DNA of 64,000 nt from Octopus vulgaris. Taxonomy: Eukaryota. The translations under genes were made by a program, and so were the position numbers. This document shows, one piece after another, positions 39,223 to 51,149 of the stretch. The stretch covers positions 209,808,001-209,872,000 of the forward strand of contig OX597815.1 of the NCBI GenBank assembly GCA_951406725.2. The letters are read 5' to 3'. The notes beneath the pieces were generated by a model that worked only from the letters and a program-made list of their open reading frames with translations, was not told the origin of the DNA and did no database searches. The first letter of the stretch is position 1, and each line of letters opens with the position of its first letter.

Positions 39223-40215
39223 TATCTATCTTTCTATCCATTGATGATGTGTTAGTGATATCTTGGGTATTGGGAATATTTGGTTTTGTGATTTGTTTTC
39301 TTTTGACGTCTCATAAGACATTTATTTCTTTAAAATTCCTAAAAGACTTAAGTCATTATTTAATGTTTCGAAATTTATTACACCTAAAAAAGAAAAAAAA
39401 AAGAAAAGAAACTAAGAAAACAAAGAAAACAAACTTTACTTTCAAACGCTTAATTTGCTTCTTTTGCAATAACATTTTCCTGTTGTGAAACGTAGTACCT
39501 CTTTGCTCCTTGAAACAAGCTCTCCCACCTTTATAACAAAACAATCAGATATTGGCTACACCGCTTAGTAGCTACTCCATAAATTTCATACAAATTTTAA
39601 CCACCGACGTTATCAGCATTTCTTATCTCAAAACATTCACGAATTAAAAAGAAACATCCAATTCATAACTAAGAAAACCAAACGATTTGTTCTATCTGCA
39701 ATGTGTACTCCGTATAACAAAATATATAAAAAAGAAAAACTGGGAACATAATTCTTACGGCTTTCGACTTTAAAACTTTTAATGACACCTAAACAAATCT
39801 AGTTATACCTTTTGTACTGCGAAAATTTTACAATTTTACACTGACGACGGTGAATGTCAAAAGGTTTATATTTTCGCAGACATACATATATCTTTTTGCA
39901 TACGAATATACATATCCTGCGCCCTATATTTTATCTCTACTATTAGGTCATTACACTTAGATTTCTCAGACAATGGTTATATTGTCATCCAATAAGAGTA
40001 CTTTATTCCATACAATCCAAACATCTCTTTACATTGGCACTGTATGTTTATTTCACCGAATATCATGTTTCATTTCTCAGTCATCGAATAAAGAACAAGA
40101 TTAAACATGAAGGAAATATATCAGACGTTTCAGCTTCAAATATATTACATTATTTTACTTTCACACACACACACACACACACATATTCATATATATCGTA
40201 ACATATAATTGCCAA

Positions 40216-40315
40216 NNNNNNNNNNNNNNNNNNNNNNNNNNNNNNNNNNNNNNNNNNNNNNNNNNNNNNNNNNNNNNNNNNNNNNNNNNNNNNNNNNNNN
40301 NNNNNNNNNNNNNNN
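40216..40315. other. Assembly gap (100 N)
   Basis: Run of N; the right side abuts a SINE family A head (40316-40432, minus strand). Confidence 1.
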
Positions 40316-40900
40316 AGGCATTGGTCGACCCGGGGCTATAGCAGAAGACACTTGCCCAAGATGCCACGCAGTGGGACTGAACCCGGAGCCATGTGGTTGG
40401 TTAGCAAGCTACTTACCACACAGCCACTCCTACGTGCACGTTTCACAGTTGATAGAACGCCTAGATGCGACAGACTTGCTCCAAGAATGTCTATACGAGA
40501 TCAAAACAAAACACACCGAAGAGTCACTTGGTTATGTCCCTAGCTAAGGTTTTCTCCTATATTTTTCATTCAAATAATTTTCCATTATTTTGTTCCAGTT
40601 TATATACAACTTGTTTTACCTTAATCCAAGTCTTCCTTGTTTATATCTCATGCTAGTTACTCAAATTTTTGTACATCTCATCTCTATATTTCTTTTGCTC
40701 TGTCCCTTTATCTTTATAATTCATTTTGCTCTCAGCGATCATGATTTCTTAAGATCTGTCACTAATATAGCAATAACTTGCTCCAATCTACCGGTCCCAC
40801 CTTTACTTTTGTCTTTCTGTTACATTTTCTATGTTTTTCTTTTATTCTTTTGCACGTAAAATATTAATGGTCAAATGGCCAACATTTATATATTGTATAA

Positions 40901-41872
40901 GGCGGCGAGCTGGCAGAAACGTTAGCACGCCGGGCGAAATGCTCAAACGGTATTTCGTCTGCCGTTACGTTCTGAGTTCAAATTCCGCCGCGGTCGACTT
41001 TGCCTTTCATCCTTTCGGGGTCGATTAAATAAGTACCAGTTACGTACTGCGGTCGATATAATTGACTTAATCCGTTTGTCTGTCTTTGTTTGTCCTCTCT
41101 GCGTTTAGCCCCTTGTGGGTAGTAAAGAAATAGGTATTTCGTCTGCCGCTACGTTCTGAGTTCAAATTCCGCCGAGGTCGACTTTGCCTTTAATTCCTTC
41201 GGGGTGGATAAATTAAGTACCAGTTACGCACTGGGATCGATATAATCGACTTAATCCGTTTGTCTGTCCTTGTTTGTCTCCTCTGTGTTCAGCCCCTTCT
41301 GGGTAGTAAAGAAATAGGTATTTCGTCTGCCATTACGTTCTGAGTTCAAATTCCGCTGAGGTCGACTTTGCCTTTCATCCTTTCGGGGTCGATTAAATAA
41401 GTACCAGTTACGTACTGCGGTCGATATAATTGACTTAATCCGTTTGTCTGTCTTTGTTTGTCCTCTCTGCGTTTAGCCCCTTGTGGGTAGTAAAGAAATA
41501 GGTATTTCGTCTGCCGCTACGTTCTGAGTTCAAATTCCGCCGAGGTCGACTTTGCCTTTAATTCCTTCGGGGTGGATAAATTAAGTACCAGTTACGCACT
41601 GGGGTCGATATAATCGACTTAATCCGTTTGTCTGTCCTTGTTTGTCTCCTCTGTGTTCAGCCCCTTCTGCGTAGTAAAGAAATAGGTATTTCGTCTGCCA
41701 TTACGTTCTGAGTTCAAATTCCGCTGAGGTCGACTTTGCCTTTCATCCTTTCGGGGTCGATTAAATAAGTACCAGTTACGTACTGCGGTCGATATAATCG
41801 ACTTAATCCGTTTGTCTGTCCTTGTTTGTCCCCTCTATGTTTAGCCCCTTGTGGGCAGCAAAAGAAATAAGG
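40901..41872 (+). mobile_element. SINE family B pentamer: one head + five 184-bp units
   Basis: Units start with GTATTTCGTCT at 40950, 41134, 41318, 41502 and 41686; 14-bp TSD TATATATTG[T/C]ATAA at 40887-40900 and 41873-41886. Confidence 0.95.
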
Positions 41873-42404
41873 TATATATTGCATAAAAGTGGATGTCAAA
41901 GATGTAAGAAAACAAAAAAAAAAAAAAAAATCGAGGCAAAAATTAATCCTAATAGTTTGTAGTACAGGTCAATAAATTGATTTCCTGTGAGAAAAGTTTG
42001 TCTAAAACCTTAAACGTTTTACTCTTCATAGCAAAAGAACTTACCAAATATCCATCGAAATTTTCCAAAGAAGCAGTATTTTGATGATAAAGACCCATAT
42101 ACGAAGCATGGTGAAGAGTTGTTTTACAGACGTTGGCAGCAGGTGCCAAAATGTATGAAGAGGATTGTAAATTGTTGATGATGACGATAACGATAATATT
42201 GATTACGACGCTTGTGGATATTAATTTCCTACGTTTGCTTGTGATAACGTTTTACACGCAAACAATGTAATTCAAAGGACACATTAATGTAATACGACAT
42301 TTTGCAAGATAAACAATTATATGTTTACATTTATATAAGCACATACAAACCGCTACATACGCAGAATACGTCAGGGAATTGCTTAAGTATATGAAAAAAA
42401 ATAT

Positions 42405-42442
42405 CACCATCATCATCATCATCATCATTATCATGATCATCG

Positions 42443-42478
<36 letters not shown>

Positions 42479-42488
42479 CCACCACCGC

Positions 42489-42520
<32 letters not shown>

Positions 42521-42623
42521 CCACCACCATCATCATCACCACCACCACCGCCACCACCACCACCACCACCACCATGATGATCCTCATGATCATCATCATC
42601 GTCATCGTCACCATCATCCTCAT

Positions 42624-42661
<38 letters not shown>

Positions 42662-42811
42662 CCACCACCATCATCATCACCACCACCATCTTCATCACCA
42701 CCACCATCTTCATCATCATCACCACCACCATCATCATCACCACCACCATCTTCATCACGACCACCATCTTCATCATCATCATCACCACCACCATCATCAG
42801 CATCGTCATCG

Positions 42812-42858
<47 letters not shown>

Positions 42859-42925
42859 GTCATCAACGCCACCACTACTATACTACCACCACCACCACCA
42901 CCACCATCACCATCATCATCATCTT
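42405..42925. repeat. Long compound (CAT)n/(CAC)n trinucleotide tract
   Basis: Direct inspection; explains the poly-M/V and poly-I/T ORFs. Confidence 0.95.
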
Positions 42926-43556
42926 TATCAAGACCACTGTCGCCGCCGTCGGCATCGTCAACATTAACATTTCTCTCGTTGTTCGTCAATCGAATTAGAC
43001 GGATTTAATCGATAGCAGTTGTTGCAAGATGAAGTGTTGCTTAACTCTAGGTTAAGTTATGATTGAGCAGACGTCAGTTCAAACACAACGTAGCCATGAA
43101 ATGACTCTGCCATCTTTCCTTTCAGACGTTCTGTATTATAAGGCCGCAGCATCCAAAGAGTTTTTACTCTTTTTTTTTTAAGACACGATGGTGTAAGTCA
43201 AAGAAATTTCGGGATTATTTTATAAAAGCATGTAATGAAGAAGTAAATAAAAGCCAGATTTTGAATATATGTGGGACCGAGTATTTCTGATTTCATTTGT
43301 ACACCGATAGTATTGGGTATTTTCTTCAATCGCCCCTGAAAGTGGCTATCGAAATATGTTGAATACTGTGATAAATGCTTTCATTAAATATATATATATA
43401 GAGAGAGAGGGGGAGGAAAGAGAAGAAAGGAGTGAGAGAAAAGAAAAGAGAAACCGGGAGAGAGAGAGAAAAATGGAGAGAGAGGGAGGTTTAGGGAAGG
43501 AAAGAAATATAGGGAGAGAAAGAGAGAGAGGGAGAGAGAGAAACATACAAAGAAAC

Positions 43557-43591
<35 letters not shown>

Positions 43592-43599
43592 GCTTGGCC

Positions 43600-43940
43600 G
43601 AAATGGGGTCCCTCTGACGTTAGTCGTTCAGACGTCTCTTCGGGTTGAGATGCTGCATCTCCGCGTTGAGAGGTTACAACTTCGGTACTAGGGACATGTG
43701 ATTAAAATGTCGCAGGAAAGAATTGCAAGACGGATTCTTCGAGACGAGCTTGCCAGCAGGAGACTTAAAAGTAGACCAAGAACGAGAGAGATATCAATAT
43801 TCTCTGTTTGCGCACTTGGGAATTCAACCTGTGAGTCTAATGTATATTGCATCTAGTAGGACCTTATGGAAGAGGTACTTGAGGACTTTACGTTCATCAA
43901 CCTCTCAGGAATAGTGGGCAGAAAAGATAGATAATGGAAG
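43600..43940 (+). mobile_element. RTE-like LINE 3' relic
   Basis: LRVEMLHLRVERLQLRY*GHVIKMSQERIARRIL...SRPRTR fits the QLRW.GHV.RM...R.P....GRPR C-terminal motif of RTE ORFs. Confidence 0.7.
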
Positions 43941-44309
43941 GCTGTATACACACACACACACACACACACATATGTATATCATTTTAGTACTTAAAGGTAC
44001 TTAAATGATAGGCACCAGGTTGAGTCGAATTAACTTGTAAACAGCACTTTTAGTCGAATATATATACTGGGTACCGAAGTTCATCCAGTGAAATATTCAG
44101 GTAATGTATACAGAGTATTTAACCCTTATGAGTATTTCAATAGCCTATGGGCTAATCCAAAATTGTACGTTGCATTGATCGTACGGTATTTGATAGAAGT
44201 AGTATTAGCAGCAGCATCAGTAGTAGTAGTAGTAGTAGTAGTAGTAGTTGATGTTATTTTTGATGACGATGATGATGATGATCAACTGATTGTATTATAG
44301 AGAATACAA

Positions 44310-45952
44310 GACAAAATTACAAGAAACTAACACAAAGCAAAAGACAAAATGGCAAACATTGGAAACGAAACCCTTGAATACAGAACTAAGATGTGGAAAG
44401 TAAACCAAATTGTAAGAAAAGACAAACAAAAACCAAGAAACAAAAGCCTTGATCACTAACATAATAATTCTTAATAATACAAAACATAGGAATGCACAAA
44501 CAATGATATGAAGAAAAGGGGACGCAACGAAGATTTGAGAATAGAATATTCTAAAGGCGAGAATCCTGACGATAACAATCTAAAGGTGAAAATTAAATAA
44601 TTTAAACAATTGAAGATCTGCGTTTAGATCAACGAAATTGCCTGCCAAGGATTAACTGAATTATAAAACAGCATGAAAAATAATGCATCATACGCATTTG
44701 TCAATGGAGAAAGCAAAAACTCTTCTGCAAGCATCAAAGGAAAAAGAAAAATCTCAAAAACCCTTAAGAAACAGAATCAAGTTTTCCAAATTTCATCAAC
44801 TCCTCAGTTGCCAAACATCTTCACTGCAGTATAGAAGTCCAACGAAAATAATTATAGAGACGTCTCAAAATATATTCCACACGACAACACTTAAAATGCA
44901 ACCTCAGTAACACACCTGCAAAAGAATCAATATAACCTGTTATATGTCCTCCGATAACCGATAATCTATAATCTATAAAGCCTTAGCTGCAATGATATCG
45001 CAGAAAGTGAACAAATACGGAGAAGACAACATGTAAAGATCAGTTATTGATCAGCAAACGATAGTCAAAATCTATCGACGGAAAAAGAAGGGCTTCAGCA
45101 CGTCGTAGATTGGATACTGGATAGTATCTTATTTGGATAGTATCTTCCACAAACGATTACAGAAGAACTAGTCAGGAATAGGGTGGTACCAATAATAAGA
45201 AAATACATAGCACCTACGAGTAAATGTGAAACAGTTTTGCAATGGCAGATAGAAAAGGAAATTGTAAAAATTAAACTCTTTTCCAGAAGAAAAATATTCC
45301 AAGAGACTTCCTCTCGCCACTCCTCTGTCTGGCACCGGTGTGCTTGGCCGACATGCTAAACCGAATTGGATGTTGATTCAAATGTTGTGGTATGAGAATG
45401 AAACATCTTTCGCATATGAATGAATTCAAGTTCTATGTTGCAATTCAAAACAATAATGCAAGCGATACACAGATTTAGTAAAGAAATATTTATGAAATTC
45501 GGATTAGAAAAAAGCACCAAAGCAAACTTGAAAAGAGGAAAATAAATTTAGAGTAATAGTATTATACTACAGAAGGGAACTTAGATTACCCAAGAATTAC
45601 CTAAACACAGACAAATAAAATAATTGGTTGACAATGAACTAGATTATTTACAATACACACAAATGACAGAAGAGAATAAAAACGAATAATTTGGACGCAT
45701 CAGATTAATACTTAAAGCAAAGCTAAATGCAAAACATACGTTAATAGGCGCAGGCGTGGCCGTGTATAGGTGCAGGCGTGGCTGTGTACACGCGCAGGCG
45801 TCGCTGTGTGGTACGTAGCTTACTTCATAATGACATGGTTCCGGGTTCAGTCTCTCTGCGAGGCATCTTGCGCAAGCGTTTTCTTCTATAGCTTCGGGCC
45901 GACCAAAGAATTCTGAGGGGATTTGGTAGGTGGAAACTGAAAGAGACCCGTC

Positions 45953-46039
<87 letters not shown>

Positions 46040-46065
46040 ATATATATATATGTAATGTATGTGTG

Positions 46066-46109
<44 letters not shown>

Positions 46110-46525
46110 TGTCTGTGTTTGTCTCTCAACCATCGCTCGACAACCGATGCTGGTGTGTTTATGTCCCCGTAACTTAGCGGTTCAACAAAAGAGACCGATA
46201 GAATAAGTACTCGGCTTACAAAGAATAAGCCCTGGGTCGATTTGTTCGACTAAAAGCAGTGCCTTAGCTTGGTCACAGTCAAATGATTGAAGCAAGTTAA
46301 AGCATAAAATAATAACAGGTAGCAATACTATAAATGCCTTATCAGTAGGTCACAGAGTGTTATTTTCAGTTGGACTAAACACATTTATTAGACTAGACAG
46401 GGAAACAAGAACAGTATTAACTCTTTTACAACACTTTACTCAGAATAAAACATTGAAAGGCTATATTTAGTATAAAGAGAAATCGGTAGAGGTTTATACA
46501 AGTAGAAAATTATTACAAAATATTC
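44310..46525 (+). mobile_element. Old R4/Dong-like RT relic interrupted by SINE A
   Basis: Degraded IFQ.D.LSPLL (~45295-45325) and KHLSHMNEFKFY (HL.YMDDLKLY-like, ~45400-45437) in A-rich sense sequence. Confidence 0.6.
45745..46310 (+). mobile_element. SINE family A with a triplicated 5' end and expanded internal microsatellite
   Basis: Homologous to 10013-10445; GCAGGCGT(G/C)GC(C/T)GTGT occurs three times at 22-bp spacing. Confidence 0.9.
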
Positions 46526-46526
46526 A

Positions 46527-46684
46527 CAGGCGCGGCTGTGTGATAAGAAGCTTGCTTCCCAACCACATGGTTGCGGGTTCAGTCCCACTGTGTGGTTCCA
46601 TGATCCAGTGTCTACTACAATAACCTCGGGTTGACCAAAGACTTCTGAGTGGATTTAGCAGATGGAAATTGAAAGAAGCTCGTC

Positions 46685-46716
<32 letters not shown>

Positions 46717-46910
46717 ATGTCTGTGTTTGTCCACTTCACCATCGCTTGACAACAGATGTTGGTGTGTTTACGTCCCTGTAACTTAGAGGTTCGGCAAAAG
46801 ACAACGATAAAATAAGTACTAGGGTTACAGAGGTCCTGAGGTCGATTTGTTCGACTAAAGGCAGTACTCCAACATGGCCGCAGTCGAATGATTGAAACAA
46901 GTAAAAGAAT
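46527..46910 (+). mobile_element. SINE family A copy
   Basis: Homologous to 10013-10445 from head to tail. Confidence 0.85.
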
Positions 46911-47199
46911 AGCAGAAGAAATATAGTTAAAAATGCCTAGCATAGTATCATGAAAAATTAATTCAAGCATCTACGAAACATGAACAAAGCCAAGATCTGT
47001 GATCTGTCTTCAAGAAAACTAAAAATATAAAAATATAAAAAAAAAGAAGCTGCAATAAAATAGCCGTGAATAAAACGGAGAAAGAACAACAGAAATGGTG
47101 AAAAAAATTAAAATCTAAGCTATAATTGGGGCTACAATGTGCTACTCTTTCAGGAACTAGATGGGTAAACACACGTCTCAAGGATACCAGATGCAGATG

Positions 47200-48260
47200 A
47201 GAGCAAGGCATTCTGGAGAGAGATCTGGGACCAACATGTAGAGCACAATGATGAAGCGGAGTGGCTGCATGAAAACCAAGACAGGTTAAGAAATATAGAA
47301 GGCTATGAAGGTATAAAGATAACTACAGAAATGATAAAAAAAGCAGTTAAGAAAATTACCAAATTGGATGAGCCCAGGACCGGATAGTGTTCTGGATGAT
47401 GAAGCTGACAAGGTTCAATAAAAGGATAGCACAATAGCTAGTTGAGTGCTAACATGAAGGCGCAGTACCCAACTGGACGGCAAAAGGAAAGACATTGTTA
47501 TGTGGCAAGGATCCTGAAAAGGGAAATGTTGCATGCAACTTTGGACCAATAACGAGTCTCTACTAATGTGGAAACTGATGTCAGGTGCATTGGCCGGGGA
47601 AATGTGCAGATACTTGGAAAAAAGTGGGCTGCTACGAATAGAACAGAAAGGGTGCCGAAAAAGGAGCCTGGGAACGATGGGTCAGATTTTAATTGATAAT
47701 CTAATTATCAGGAACTGCAAGAAAAGACATAGAAATCCGAGCATGGCATGGGTTGATTGACGCAATGCATACAATATGATGCCACGCTCTTGGATAATAA
47801 GAACAATGGAAATGTATAGAAACAGAGAAAATGAAAAGCCTTATACGGAATGGCATGAATACTGGAGAACGGATTTGACAGCTGGGAAGGTCAAAATCAA
47901 GAGAGGGATCATTCAAGGAAACAATGTGTCCCCACTGATATTCGTGCTGGGAATGATCCCCCCGAGTGAAATACTCCAGAAAACAAAGTTGGGGTATGAT
48001 CTGGGAAGAGATATGGGAAAACTAAACCACTTGCTATTCATGGACGAATTGAAGCCATTCACAAAAACTGAGGCACAACTGGACAGTCTAGTCCAGTCTG
48101 TGCGGATTTTCTCCAGTAGAACTGTTACAAAAAGTTTGCCTTAATGACACGACCAGAATAACCAAGAAAGTATTACATAACATGGCACCGTTGGCTGCAG
48201 TTAGTAAGCCTGCTACGCATCGAAGACTCCAAGGAGCTCCAACAAACCCTGTGATAAAGA
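47200..48260 (+). mobile_element. R4/Dong-like RT relic, internally deleted, with (GAT)n(AAT)n tail
   Basis: EQKGCRKRSLGTMGQILID, SMAWVD, KIKRGIIQGNNVSPLIFVLGMIP and NHLLFMDELKPF (ORFs 47533..47760 and 47776..48144). Confidence 0.85.
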
Positions 48261-48276
48261 GATGATAATGATAATA

Positions 48277-48336
<60 letters not shown>

Positions 48337-48342
48337 GTGATA

Positions 48343-48393
<51 letters not shown>

Positions 48394-49029
48394 GCTTTCT
48401 GTTGAATAAATAAAATCATGTACTTCAACACAGATGTTCCAGAGTTGTGGTGGGAGGAAAGGAGAGAAAAATACAGCTACTCTAGATATAAAAAGCAATA
48501 GTAAAGGAAAAGAGAATCGAAAGAAAATCGTGAATAATAGAAAAAAAGAGACTTTCTCGTGACGATTGAAGTACTAGATGCGTTTAACAAATATAGAAAA
48601 CAGTTTAGAAAATGTCTAGAAGTAGAAATAAATTTTGGAACAGCTCCAAAATGCTATTTCTCTTGAAACAGGCACAGCATTAAGAGCACTCGATTGTTAA
48701 CAGTGAGTCATAAGATTACATGTAACAATTAATTTTAAGGAACGTAAATCTCGTAAAGATACCAAAGACGTTGGAAAAAATACGAAAAAGAATGAAAACG
48801 AACCTTGCGCAAGATGTTGTTGATGACGATGAGGAAGATGAAGAGAAAGAGGGGAAGAAGGGACGGAGAGTGAGAAGAAAGAGATGTGAGGGATCGATAT
48901 GTTGGAGAAAGTAATGCGACAAATAGTGCAAGATTCCAGAGTCGAGAGAGAGAGAGATAGAGAAAGAGAGGGGTAGAGTGGGGGAGAGAGGTGGCTCGTA
49001 GTAACTACACCTGTTGAATATAGCAGCTC

Positions 49030-49345
49030 TATTTCTTTCGAAAGGCACCATTTTTTCGTTTTTCGTCGCCCTTCTCAAGCCTAGCCAAGCTCATGGGCCC
49101 GGTTTCCCGGTTCTGTGGCGTTTGTGTTCCCCCCAGCTGGACAGGACGCCAGTCCATCGCAGCGTTACTCAAGAAACAGGAAGAGAGGGTGAGAGAAAGT
49201 TGGGGCGAAAGAGTACAACAGGGGTCACCACCATCCCCTGTTGGAACCTCAGGAAGCTTTTGGGTGTTTTCGCTCAATAAACACACAACACTCGGTCTGG
49301 GAATCGAAACCGCGATCCTCCAACCGCGTGTCCGCTGCCCCACCA
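49030..49345 (-). mobile_element. SINE family C variant with a different 3' half
   Basis: Head and body shared with 11221-11518; tail CTGCGATGGACTGGCGTCCTGTCCAG...GAAACCGGGCCCATGAGC differs. Confidence 0.8.
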
Positions 49346-50021
49346 TAAATCACACCATAGCTCTTTTTAAAAAAGGTCTGGCACTTTACATAGTGTAGCC
49401 TGTTACCTTTAAACAGAACAATCATCACGGATGGTATACCTTTCAGCTTAGAGCTGAACAATCCATGTTGACCTAAGATTTAGATGTAACCATACAAAAA
49501 CAATAAGACTGCATGTTAGTGCAGCTATACTGCTTAAGCGCTAATATTGAAAGTATACCATCGCAAAATATCATCATTTTAGTAAAATGAATTTTTTAAA
49601 AATTCTTCCGCTATACAGATACAGTGAGCTCAGTAACAATGTCGATGATACAACGGTGAAGACCATTTTCTCTTCTTTCCTATAACGATGTTTACGTATG
49701 AAGGATTACCAACCTACCTATTTTACTTGATGGGAAGACGGACGCAATGCTGCTAAGCATTGCGCCCGGCGTGCTAACGATTGTGCCAGCTTGCCGCCTT
49801 ATACCTATCAGATAATGATAAGAGAAAACGCCGGAAGATATTTTACAGACTATACAAGAGCACTTTTAACATGAAAGTACTAAGGGAATTTCAATAACGA
49901 AGGTGGTCAACGTTTCATAACAGAACGACAGAATGTTATTCCTTTGCGCCGAATATATCTATTAGCACTTGTTAAATAACAACGAATCAAATGGAGAAGA
50001 ATGATGAACGTATTCAAAGAT

Positions 50022-50432
50022 ATACTCTTTTACTCTTTTAATTGTTTCAGTCATTTGACTGCGGCCATGCTGGAGCACCGCCTTTAATCGAGCAACTCGA
50101 CCCCGGGACTTATTCTTTTTGTAAGCCCAGTACTTATTCTATCGGTCTCTTTTGCCTAACCGCTGATTGACGGGGACGTAAACACACCAGCATTGGTTGT
50201 CAAGCAATGCTAGGGGGACAAACACAGACACACAAACACATACACACACATATATATATATATATATACGACGGGCTTCTTTCAGTTTCCGTCTACCAAA
50301 TCCACTCACAAGTCATTGGTCGGCCCGAGGCTATAGCAGAAGACATTTGCCCAAGATGCCACGCAGTGGGACTGAACCCGGAACCATGTAGTTGGTAAAC
50401 AAGCTACTTACCACACAGCCACTCCTGCGCCT
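50022..50432 (-). mobile_element. SINE family A, full length
   Basis: Reverse complement of 10013-10445, including head AGGCGCAGGAGTGGCTGTGTGGTAAG and (AAAAGAGT)n tail. Confidence 0.92.
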
Positions 50433-51149
50433 GTATAAGTAATAAATTAATTTATTTTGAAGCTTTACTGCAATTTTTAGCTCATATGAATATAATATAG
50501 TAAATATTTTTTATGATGGGTGATTAGAAACAAATGTGAGTAAGTTAATGGGGATAAAATAATAAGCAGTACATTTCAAAATCGTATAACTAAGCTCAAG
50601 ACTATAAGAGAAATGCATATCTTGAATTTGGTAGATGAATTTGCGACGGATGGAACATTCAGAACCTTACGTCATCACAAATAAACATACTGGAAATCGA
50701 TGAAAATGATAATCTTTATAAAGCACCTGATTTTGTTATTCACAAATAAAGCGGAAAATGAAAAATAGACACCATAGGAATACGTTTTCATAACAGGTGC
50801 GTATTTTCCAGCTTTACACGGTGCAAAAATAATTTTTTGAAATGAAATTACGATATTTTTGTACCAAGTATGGCGACCAATAATTATTATGTAAGACTAA
50901 CTTGGATCTCGATAGGCTTGCTAAATTAAGAAAATACACTCTGAAAATCTAAAGAATATCAGCCGTACAAATAGGTTTTAAAATAGACATTAGATAACGA
51001 AAACGCAAAACATTGGAGGAAAGCAAAGAGATTGGTAATGAAAAGAAGCTAAGCCACAAAGATAAATCTACCATGTGAAAAACAAAGAACTTAAAAGATA
51101 AAAAATAGTATAAAATCTTAGAACATATGCAATAAATGATCAAGAAAAC

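Noticed and set aside
40950-41870. Regular array considered as CRISPR-like
   Set aside because: Whole 184-bp units repeat with no unique spacers, there are no cas genes, and the unit is a SINE body.
42252-43008. 245-aa poly-M/V and 209-aa poly-I/T ORFs
   Set aside because: Products of a (CAT/CAC)n tract.
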